NCBI GenBank assembly: GCA_964016885.1
Contig: OZ024749.1
Location: 52,080,001-52,144,000 of the forward strand
Direction: 5' to 3'
Length of the DNA: 64,000 bases
Source of the DNA: Eledone cirrhosa
Lineage: Eukaryota
The notes below the pieces were generated by a model that worked only from the letters and a program-made list of their open reading frames with translations, was not told where the DNA came from and searched no databases. Both the position numbers and the translations under genes were made by a program. Shown here piece after piece: positions 25,300 to 35,125 of this stretch; within the stretch, counting starts at the first letter, position 1; each line of letters opens with the position of its first letter.

Positions 25300-25618
25300 T
25301 ATAATAACAATAATTGTTTCTACTTTTGGCACAAGGCCAGCAATTATCTCAGTGTATTACTGGTACTTTATTTTATCGACCCAGTAAGGATGAAAAGCAA
25401 AGTTATATTAACAATAATTGTTTCTACTTTAGGCACAAGGCCAGCAATTACTCAGTGCATTACTGGTACTTTATTTTATCGACCCCGTATATATGAAAGG
25501 CAAAGTCAACCTCGGCGGGATTTGAACTCAGATCGTAAAGGGACGTAACTATGCTGGAAAGCATGGCGTCCGACCCTCTACCGATACTGCCAATCCACCG
25601 CCCCTATATTAACAATAA
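25300..25618 (-). mobile_element. Two tandem SINE copies sharing a repeated target site
   Basis: TATA(A/T)TAACAATAAT occurs three times (about 25300, 25404, 25604), bracketing a truncated and a full copy. Confidence 0.75.
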
Positions 25619-26039
25619 TAAACGAAAGACAGTTACTTTCGTCCATCCCAATTTATTTTATTAATTAAACAAGTATATATAAATATCTGTGTGTGTGTGT
25701 GTGTACATATATGTGCATAATTTTTGTTTATTTGCATAAAATCTAATAAAAATATAACTTTTTCAATTAAAAATTAAGTCCCCCGCACCCCCTCCTCCTA
25801 ATAATATATATTGTAAAACTTGGAACGCATCTCTATATATAGCAGGTGTGTGCTTGACAAGTAAATAAGAGAAACGATGCTAATTGCAGCGTTAATTAGT
25901 TTGATTGCAATATTTCTATTAAGTCATATGTCACTGTTCATATAAAGATGAACGTCTTAAGATTATCGATATAAAGAAATATATAATTACCTTATTGAAT
26001 TGTACTCAAGAACGGTTTTATATAGCGTTATAATTAATT

Positions 26040-26052
26040 GTTGCTAGGTAAC
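26040..26052. promoter_or_regulatory. Candidate RFX X-box upstream of the dynein gene
   Basis: GTTGCTAGGTAAC matches the RFX palindrome. It lies about 50 nt upstream (minus strand) of a donor-like AAG|GTAATT at 25991, with a forkhead-type AATAAACA at 26111-26118. RFX/FOXJ1 control of motile-cilia genes is established. Confidence 0.55.
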
Positions 26053-26210
26053 AGAAAGAACATGTTTTTCTCCCAGAGTGCAACGTTATTCTACTTTATA
26101 CAAATAAATAAATAAACATACACACAACAACAACCTACCTACATACACAGCTGATATATACATTTATATATACAGCACTCTAATAAATATTGCCAGTACA
26201 GGTAATCAAA

Positions 26211-26270
<60 letters not shown>

Positions 26271-26272
<2 letters not shown>

Positions 26273-26450
26273 GAAAAGAGTCAGGACCCCGACGGCTAAG
26301 CTGCAGCCGTTTCGACAGCTAGATACAAACTAAACCAGTAGTATCTCTCTTCATATTACCCACTCTACTACCCTAAGTATCGAGTACTCTGGTGCGTTAT
26401 GGTCCACCTGGTTCCTTACCACACTTTCTTTGTTATATATATATATATAT
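26271..26450 (-). mobile_element. Second copy of the 21877 family, embedded in (TA)n
   Basis: AGGAAAAG..CAGGACCCCGACGGC...GCCGTTTCGAC and TACCCACTCTACTACCCTAAGTATCGAGTACTCTGG...GGTCCACCTGGTTC are shared with 21877-22070. Confidence 0.6.
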
Positions 26451-26929
26451 CATCATCACCACCGTTTAACGTCCATTTTCCACACTAGCATGGGTTAGAC
26501 GAGTTGCCCCGTTGAGAGACAAGCCATGTGTGATGACTATGACTTGCCCATACAGAACTGGTTCTGGCTTGGTTTCTACAGCTGGATGCCCTTCCTAACG
26601 CCAACCACTTTACAGTGTGTGTGCTTGGTGCTTTTTGAGGCGACACCTACACGACCATTTTACAGTGTAGGTTGGGTGCTTTTTGTCGTGTCACCTATAT
26701 ATATATAACAACATCATCATCATCACTGTTTTTTTGTCCGTTTTTCCATGCTTGCATGGGTTGGATGTTTATAATAAATCTATGTACAATACTTTCAAAG
26801 AAAGAACATGGTGGGTGGTGTAGAAAAGTGAAAGCAAAACTCAGTTACATTATATCAAAGGGCAGTGACATCTACCCCTTACCCAGGTAAAAATGGTAAG
26901 ACCCTCTGGTCTCTTCCCATCAATTCTAG

Positions 26930-26990
<61 letters not shown>

Positions 26991-27088
26991 ACATCAATAC
27001 TCACCTTTTTCCATTTATCTGAGGGTTCTAAACCCCATTATCAGACTAAAATTTCTTTAGTCAAAAAAATACGGTGAAAGCTATTCTA

Positions 27089-27120
<32 letters not shown>

Positions 27121-27128
<8 letters not shown>

Positions 27129-27255
27129 ATACTTTGGGAGGGTCATGTTGCCAATAAGAAACACACGCACCAGTTGCTTTCACTTCAATTTATTATAATA
27201 AATTTATAAATATATTGCTTATTGGCAACATGACCCTCCCAAAGTATAACAATAT
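27121..27255. repeat. 38-bp perfect inverted repeat with a spacer of about 60 nt, next to (TA)n
   Basis: ATATTGTTATACTTTGGGAGGGTCATGTTGCCAATAAG at 27121-27158 and its reverse complement at 27218-27255; a related single copy at about 11085-11160. Confidence 0.9.
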
Positions 27256-27494
27256 CGGTTTCAACACACGATTTCAGATAAAGAATCTTGCTAAACAAAT
27301 TCAGAAACGAAATATATATATATATATATACTTTGGTTTGGATTTCTGCATTCTGTCGACTCTAATAAAACTGAGCTTAATACACCTTACCAAAAATAAT
27401 AGTGGAATATTACACTCTATTTCTCTCTCTTATATATATATATATTAATAACATTTTATTGATCAAAAGAACATCTATTTTATTAATATTTGTA

Positions 27495-27499
<5 letters not shown>

Positions 27500-27578
<79 letters not shown>
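27500..27578. repeat. (TA)n(TG)n microsatellite; similar tracts at 9742-9798, 26213-26269, 26933-26990 and 44311-44350
   Basis: Direct inspection. Confidence 0.95.
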
Positions 27579-27579
<1 letters not shown>

Positions 27580-27751
27580 ACGTATTATCATATTACAAAA
27601 GCAAACGTAACTAAAAAAAAAAAAAAAGGAAAGTAAACATATTTCAGATCTATTATATATCTGAGCGATAGATAAATAATCTTTTGTTGTGATTCATTAC
27701 AATAAAAACAATAAGGTTTAAATCCAAAGTCTGTTTCTATTTTTAAACAAA

Positions 27752-27816
27752 TCACGTGAGCATGAAATTTATTGACAGAAAATAGACTAAACCACTTTCC
27801 TTCACCTTATATAAAA
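27752..27816 (+). promoter_or_regulatory. Core promoter of the His-rich gene: E-box TCACGTGA and TATA box
   Basis: TCACGTGA at 27752-27759 and TATATAAAA at 27808-27816, about 55 nt before the ATG at 27871. Confidence 0.5.
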
Positions 27817-27870
27817 CGTTTCAAGCAACAATTTATCCACTTGATAAGCAGCAAGTAAACTTATACAAAC

Positions 27871-30800
27871 ATGAATCCTAATTGTAAGTAAATCTTTTAA
27901 TCAAAAACTTATTAACGTTGGCATAACTAATTTAGTACGGATTGTGTTACTTCTAAGTTCTTTATTAATACATATATTTTTCCTTCTTATTTAAATTGAA
28001 ACCTTGTAATACAGACTTATCAACTTTCCCCGTCCGACGGGGAGATCTCCCTCCCACCACGCTGTGGGTGAGAGATGTCTTCTCTTGTGAAAATAGATAT
28101 TTCATTATGTAAAATCTCCCGATTTTTACCTCATTTCTCCCCGTTTGGGGGTACTTTTTTTCAGGGTACTCCTCGTTTGGGATTTTAGAGCTTGGCAGGT
28201 CTTCTAACATAAATATTATATAAAAATCACGTATATTGTTTAATCTTAACAATGAAATAATTAATAATTTTTGCAAATCCATCAAAATTCTTCTTCTACT
28301 CCGCGCACTTATTCCTGAGAGGATCGTTAGTGGGTGCAGAGTCTTCAAACATTCCTTTCGGCAGGTCCTGTCACAAGCAACCATCTCCAATTGATCTGGC
28401 TGGATCCCCAAGTGAGATCAGCTGAGCTGGTGGATGTTATCCAACCATCTTGCTCAGGTTCCACCCCTGGGTGTCCTGTCAGTTAGTTTTGTCCCATAAA
28501 ATTACATTTTTTTTTTTTTTTTTTTCCAGATATATATTTATTTATTCATTTAATTGAAACGTGATAATAATCCATGGCAGACTAGGGGAGGTATCTAATA
28601 CCCCTTACAGTTAAGATATAAAAACGTGAGAAGAAAGGAAAAAAAAAAAAAAAAACCCAAAAAACTAAAACAGTTAAAAGTTTCTGTTGTTGAATCTTTT
28701 AGTAGCTTCCATTTACAGAAAGAACTTGTATATAATTGGTTGATCTTTGACAATATATTGTACCTCCAATCATCATCGTTTAACGTCTATCTTCCACGCT
28801 AACATGGGTTAGACATTAGTATTTTAGGTTGTTTTTTTTAACTATCAGCTACAAGATGTCCTGTCTCTCTCTTTCTTAGACTGGTAGTTTCTTCAGAGGA
28901 ACAAATGATGTCAAAGAGTTTCTGTCTCTCTAGAAAACCTGAAAATCTCTGACTTATTCTAGTTGATATTATTCATTGTTAACATACTGGTACTTTATTT
29001 TATCGACCCTTAAGGATGAAAGGCAAAGTTAACCTCGACGGTATTTGAACTTTATGATCCGAGTTCAAATCCCGCCGAGGTTAACTTTGCCTGTCATCCT
29101 TACAGGGTCGATAAAATAAGGTACCAGTAATATACTGCATTAATTGCTGGCCTTGTGCCAAAAGTAGAAACAATTATTCATTGTTAACATGAAAGTGGGA
29201 GGCGTGGCGAAAATGTTTTTTCGAATTTTTACGTCTAGCCTACTATAGACATAATTTGAAAGAATTCGTGTTTTATTATTATCATAACAAAGTTTGGTGG
29301 ATTGCCAGTAATCGGTAGAGCGTCGGACATGCTTTGCTGCATAGTTGCGTCCCTTTACGTTCTGAGTTCAAATCCCGCCGAGGTTAGCTTTTCCTTTCAT
29401 TCTTATGCCCCGGTATTATTAGACTATTTTATTTAAAGTTACGGCGAAATCTTCAAATTCGAGTTTTAAATTAAAAATCTTTTTCACAACGTGATAGATT
29501 TATCTGTGCATCATTGTTTTATTGTGAAGTATAATATGTAAGTATGGTCCAGTAACCTCTCTCTAGCATGCTCTGAATACAGCAGATTTCTTCCAGAGAA
29601 GGATATAGAGGAAGAATCAACCCCAGTACTAGACTGGTACTTTTTTTTTTTTTTATCGACGTTAAGATGAAAAGCAATGTTGACCTTGGCAGGACTTGAA
29701 CTCGGAGAGCAGAGTGTCGGAATGAATACAGCAAAGCATTTTATCTGACGTTCTAACGGCTCCTGTATAATACACGTAATATATATTTTGTCACTCTGAT
29801 AGTGTTATCTTTAGAATGAGACAGCTAGGATTCTCTTATCTTTGAAACATTGTTTACTGAAGACCTGACATGTCATTTATTATCAGTTTTAACAATCGCA
29901 TAATTCTTCTTCTTCTTCGCCCACATCTTCCTGAGAGGATTGTGGGGAAGGCAGTCCTCAAACACTCCTTCCAGTGGGTCCTGTCGGAAGCAACTTTCTC
30001 TAATTGATTTAGCTGGATCCCCAAATATTATAGATGTGTATTGGGGAGTTCTGCAATTATGTATTAAAGGTGAAGCAGAGGGGGGGGGGTCTACAATTGT
30101 GTAACAGGGGTGACTTGGTTAAGCAGGGACTTGTTGAAGGGGTGACTTGGTTAATGAACCTAGAAAAGCTGAAAAGCCAACCCCATCCCTGTTGGTGAAG
30201 TTTCAGCCCAGAAACTAAAAGAACAAAAAGTTAGTCCTATCTGTAAACATGATAAAACTATTAAAACCTTGGAGAAACAAAGTCTGAAGTTTCTCAATGA
30301 TTAGAGTACAAAGTGCATAAACATATGTGTGTGTATATATGTGTGTGTGTGTATATATATGAAAGGAGGTTATAGTTCACTGGAAGCATTGTGTAATGAG
30401 GTATAAACGTTTGTATTTGTAAAGCCAAAACAATGAAGGTATGGACATAGAATATAAATGCAAATGCAAAAGATATTGCTGACAATTAGTCTTTTACCTT
30501 AAATTTATTTAAATGTCCTTAATTTTCGAGATAATACCTCTTCTCCGGAAGGAAGCAAAACGGTTAAACCAGCTTGCCAAGTCATGCATGACTTGGCAAG
30601 GTATTTAGAACGGTGATTTAACCGTTTTACTTCCCTCCGAAGAAGAGATATTATCTTGAAAATTAAGGACATATAAATAAAATTTAAGGTAAAAGACTAA
30701 TTGTCAACAAAATCTTCTGCATTTGCATTTATATTCTATGTCCATACCTGCTGTGTGTGTGTGTGATCGATCAAACTTCATTATTTCATAGATTTCTGTA

Positions 30801-33800
30801 ATCAATAAGATAAGATAATTTTCCTGATAAGAGATATCAATAATCAATCTGCCCTATTGACCTGCTGTAGAAATACTAGAAGTTATCCTCAATATCTTTT
30901 AATACAAACAGATCCAATATATTAATATTTTCTGTCCACAGCATAACTGATCACTTGATAATGCTGAATATTGTTAACTTAAGATAAACAAGTAGTCAGC
31001 ATGGTACAACTGAAACATTAGACTGGAGTGAGGTGTCTGTCCCCCCCCCTCTGTCTTCCATTATCATTTTTGTTGTTTCCTAAAGTGTTTTGTTTTTGTA
31101 TAAACAACTTTGTAACACACACACATATATATAATGTATGTATCAGGATGGATTCAATTTTAAACTGGTTAAACCATTACTGAACAGAGTACTCGATACT
31201 TACGGTAGTAGAGTATGGTTGTATTATAGTCAAGTCCAGACTCTTTATAATATACTAGCAGTGGTACCCAGCATTGCACGGGGTAAGGTATTTTGGAACG
31301 CGGGCCGCCAACAAACCTAATCGTGGAAAAACTGCATGCATGGACAATATGTAAAGAAAATAAACTGAATACTCTGATGGCTGGATAATCTTTAAGATTT
31401 TCCTCGATGAAGCAGGAAAAATGCAGGTTTTATGTGCATAATATGCCTTGAAATTTCGGGAAAATCAACCTAAAAAAAAAGCTGTAAAAATGAAGTTTTT
31501 CACCTAATGTGGGGCCCTAGGCCATAAAAAAAGTTGGATTTTCTTTGCTCACAGCATGAAGAGACTAACTAATACATAGTTACAATTTCAAGGAAATCAG
31601 TCTGACGAAACGACTCCAAAAAACCTGAAAAAACGCAGTTTTTCAACTAATGCGAGCCCTAGGGGATCAAAAAGTTGAATTTTTTTTATGTGCATAACAC
31701 TCCCTGAAACATAAGTAATACACATGTAAAGTTTGAAAAAAGTTGGTTTGGTACTTCAAACTCACACACACACACACATTCAGGGAAGTGACGTAATGCA
31801 GGCAGTCAGACATACAGACAGATATTATAAGGGCGCAACGTTATATGTATCTATCTAAAAAGAGAAAGACTAAGAATTATAGAGAGATCGCTAAATCGCC
31901 TACTGCAGTCCCTAGGGCATTGAAAATTTGAAATTTCTTTTGTTCAGAACACTTTACATGTGTAAAGTTTGAAAACAGTCGGTTGGGTGGTTCTTGAGTT
32001 TTAGGGATTCAAACTCGCACACACACAGACAGACATCCTCAGTTTTATATATATAGATTATTTAATATAGAAATGACTTTTACAGGACTACAACTATTTC
32101 ATTTATATGAAATCATTCAGATCTGGAGAGGGGTGGGCTCCACCAGGTTTTAAATGCCCCAAACACCCTGTATATCATTTCGTCAACCCTAAAAAAACCA
32201 TCAGGGAGTTACAGGACCACACACATAGTTCTTACTTTAGGAACAACAATAATAAACGGCAGTTTTATAATTAAATATACTTGAATCCTAATTTCATATT
32301 TTTTCTCATTGTAGATCCCTATGGAAACCCAGGTAAGTACAATTATTTTCAAGTACTATCAGGTAATGCTAATGAATTGATGGTAGCAAGCTTGTTCAGA
32401 GAGTACTTGAGTCAGAAAAACTAATAGAGCTGATTAAAAGGGGTTAGCATCTAGAAGGGCCTTTAGCTATAAAGCATCCTAACCAACCCATACTAGCATG
32501 GAAAAATGGTGACGTTGACGGTGATGAATTCTAAGAGAGTAGAATTAACTCCAGTAGTTAAACTGGTATTTTATTAACAGTGAAAGGCAAAAGGCAAACT
32601 TTACTGTTGTAGGATTTGAACACAGAGAACCAGACCAAACACTACAGGGTATTCTACTCTACGTTCTGATGACTGCCAATACACTTCTGTTACCATATTT
32701 CCAGTGAACTCTACTGCCATGTTTCAATTAATTTTGAAAATAAAAATTGAGGAATTTACCCAAATAAATATATTTTCATTAGTAAACTGATGTTTGGAAT
32801 ATTACTCAGGAGACCCACCAAAATCCGGACCATCCTCTGTTTGTTTTAATCATATACGATTTTCTTTTTTATTTGTTCAGGAGTGCCACCACCTGCTGGT
32901 GCCTATCCTAACTATCCAAACGGATCATACTACCCTCAACCATATCCTCATCCTCCACCACAGAGACCTCCAACCATTGTTGTAGAAGTAAGTGGATCTA
33001 AGTTTTTATTTCATATATTTTTTCCTTTTCTTCTTCACTCACTTATTCCTGAGAGGGTCGTGGGGACAGTCCTCAAACACTCCTCCCAGCAGGTCCTGTC
33101 AGAAGCAACCCTAGGGTCGTGGGGACAGTCCTCAAACACTCCTCCCAGCAGGTCCTGTCAGAAGCAACCCTAGGGTCGTGGGGACAGTCCTCAAACACTC
33201 CTCCCAGCAGGTCCTGTCAGAAGCAACCCTAGGGTCGTGGGGACAGTCCTCAAACACTCCTCCCAGCAGGTACTGTCAGAAGCAACCATCCCCAAGTGAG
33301 ACCAGCCAAGCTCATGGATGTTATCCAACCATCTTGCTCAGGGTCTGCCCCTGGGTTTCCTGCCAGTACAATCTGTCCAGCGATTCTTTCCTGGCACATT
33401 CTAACCACGTCCATATTTCTTGAAAACTTGCAGTAGCTGGGAGTGAACCCAGCAATGGACTGGCGCCCTGTCCAGAGGGAAGTCTTGTACTCTTTTGCAT
33501 CACACCATGGAATCCAGGATAAGCAGTGGCCTGATGAGCCTCTGAGCTCGAGACAGACTCTAAGACATAAAGTTTAGTTATAATCAAGATTCCAAGTTTA
33601 GATTTCTTGATAGTAATAATGTAACTTTGTTAATAATTTCAGGAACATCACCATGAGAGTGTTGGTGGAGCCATCAAGCATGCTGTCCATGATATGGTGT
33701 ATGGCCATGATCACCACCACCACGGTGGCCATCATGACCACCACGGTGGCCATTATGACCACCACGGAGGCCATTATGACCACCACGGAGGTCACCATGG

Positions 33801-33840
33801 TCATCATGACTATCATCATCATCACCATGACCACTGCTAG
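27871..33840 (+). CDS. Small 111-aa Pro/Tyr-rich and His/Gly-rich protein of unknown function (4 coding exons)
   Basis: Exons 27871-27883 (ATGAATCCTAATT|gtaagt), 32315-32332 (ag|ATCCCTATGGAAACCCAG|gtaagt), 32881-32987 (|gtaagt) and 33643-33840 (TAG), 336 nt with phases 1,1,0. Protein: MNPNYPYGNPGVPPPAGAYPNYPNGSYYPQPYPHPPPQRPPTIVVEEHHHESVGGAIKHAVHDMVYGHDHHHHGGHHDHHGGHYDHHGGHYDHHGGHHGHHDYHHHHHDHC. Confidence 0.75.
28968..29190. mobile_element. SINE insertion with an inverted 5' duplication and an 18-bp target-site duplication
   Basis: ATTATTCATTGTTAACAT at 28968-28985 and 29173-29190; 28986-29061 is the reverse complement of about 29071-29149. Confidence 0.8.
30437..30749. repeat. Imperfect palindrome of about 310 bp with a perfect 28-bp core
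   Basis: Arms AGGTATGGACATAGAATATAAATGCAAATGC.../...GCATTTGCATTTATATTCTATGTCCATACCT; centre CTTGCCAAGTCATGCATGACTTGGCAAG; degenerate hammerhead-like core at 30634-30668. Confidence 0.9.
31255..32057 (-). mobile_element. Non-autonomous Helitron of about 800 bp
   Basis: Minus strand begins A|TCTATATATATAAAACTGAGGATGTCTGTCTG and ends with the hairpin CCCGTGCAATGCTGGG followed by ...CTAG|T; no target-site duplication. Confidence 0.7.
33030..33420 (-). mobile_element. RTE-derived 3' fragment with an internal 59-bp tandem amplification (4 copies)
   Basis: AGGGTCGTGGGGACAGTCCTCAAACACTCCTCCCAGCAGGTCCTGTCAGAAGCAACCCT x4 at about 33054-33287; same family at 1-190, 28305-28500, 29910-30022 and about 14700-14820. 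Confidence 0.7.
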
Positions 33841-33905
33841 AACAACTTCTTTACCAAACCAAACTAACTACTGTATGCTTTATAGAAGTAATATAACATT
33901 GTGAT

Positions 33906-34206
33906 AATAAATTTTATATACATAATATACCATTGTGATATATATATATTCTATAACCTCATTTGATTCAAGTTATTAAACTGACAAAGTTTTGGTCTGG
34001 GTGCTTTTTGACATCAAAAAGCAACATCTGTAAATTATGAAACTTTAACAAAGTCTTGATCTTTCAAGGTTTTGTTTTTGTTGTGAATATGAACAAATCT
34101 GAATTAAAAAAAAAAATCTTGATCTTTCAAAGATTCTGTGTTTTTGTTGTTATTGAACAAATCTAAGTAAAAATAAATTTGCTTTGTTTATGGTGCTGAC
34201 ATTAAA
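33906..34206 (+). terminator. Candidate polyadenylation signals of the His-rich gene
   Basis: AATAAA at 33906 and 34172, ATTAAA at 34201, followed by U-rich sequence. Confidence 0.4.
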
Positions 34207-35119
34207 ATTTAATTTTCAATGTTTTTTTCTGGTTTCAAATGTTACATAACTAAAAAATGCTATTTAACCTTTTCAGTAAATAGATTTCTAACAAAGAAAC
34301 ACTGCTTTTTGAAATGTTTAGGTTAATATTGGATTACAGTGCAGTGTTAGGAAAGATATCAAGAAGGAATTAACCCTTTAGCATTTAAACCGGCTGTATC
34401 TAGCCAGAATTCTCGCCTTTCTGTTCAAACTGGCCGTAACCAGCTGCTCGTACTTAAGATATTGTGCGAGATAGACAAACTTTAACCCTGCAATAAACTT
34501 GTACTCTCAGAACCATAAAACCACAAACTGGGGTAAGCACTAGCCTAACAAACCTCCAGACATGAAACCATAATCAAGCATTAACTCACAGCAAATGATT
34601 GTAGAAAGATACACAACTGTTACTTGTAGTTCAATATTCAAATCTAAGTCTTTCATTTAGAACTGATAATGGTAAAATATTCATTTAAAGTTAAATTGGT
34701 AGTAGTAGTAGTATGTGAAATAGCAATTTTGTTGGAATCACTTGCAGATGCTTTGATAAATAACCAAAAAAAAAGTGTTAAATGTTCTAAGTCTTGTGCC
34801 AAAGTAATACATACCTTTTTACCAAAGTATTGTCCAGTAAGTAAAAAAAAAAAAAAATATCGCCAAGAGAACTTCCTAATATCATCACAACTGTTGAATG
34901 TACATTTTTCGGGTTAACATGAGTTGTCCCGTTGTGAGACAAGTCGGATCATTTGACAGTCTTTATACAGAACTGATTCTGGCTTGGTTTCTACAGCTGG
35001 ATGCCCTTCCTAAAGCCAGCCACAGGGTTCTTTTTGTCATGACACATATCAAATCAAACATTTGATAAGGCTTATAATACCAAACATTCACATATCTTTA
35101 GAGTTGATATAATGTTTTC

Positions 35120-35125
35120 TTTATT
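35120..35125 (-). terminator. Candidate distal poly(A) signal of the importin-alpha transcript
   Basis: TTTATT on plus (AATAAA on minus) at the far end of a mostly TE-poor, U-tract-rich region extending from the stop at 41787. Confidence 0.3.

Noticed and set aside
30941-31004. Alternative first exon for the His-rich gene (CAGCATG|GTACAA)
   Set aside because: The donor is weak, and a phase-0 join puts the downstream exons into a frame that stops at 32985; the 27871 exon fits phase, TATA box and composition
33520-33562. CTGATGAG motif suggesting a hammerhead
   Set aside because: No GAAA core follows; the context GGATAAGCAGTGGCCTGATGAGCC...CAGACT resembles a common SINE/L2-type 3' tail
33598-33904. 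ORF-track products MRVLVEPSS... and MVMVMMM...
   Set aside because: Alternative frames or antisense of the His-rich terminal exon; the splice phase selects the EHHHES frame
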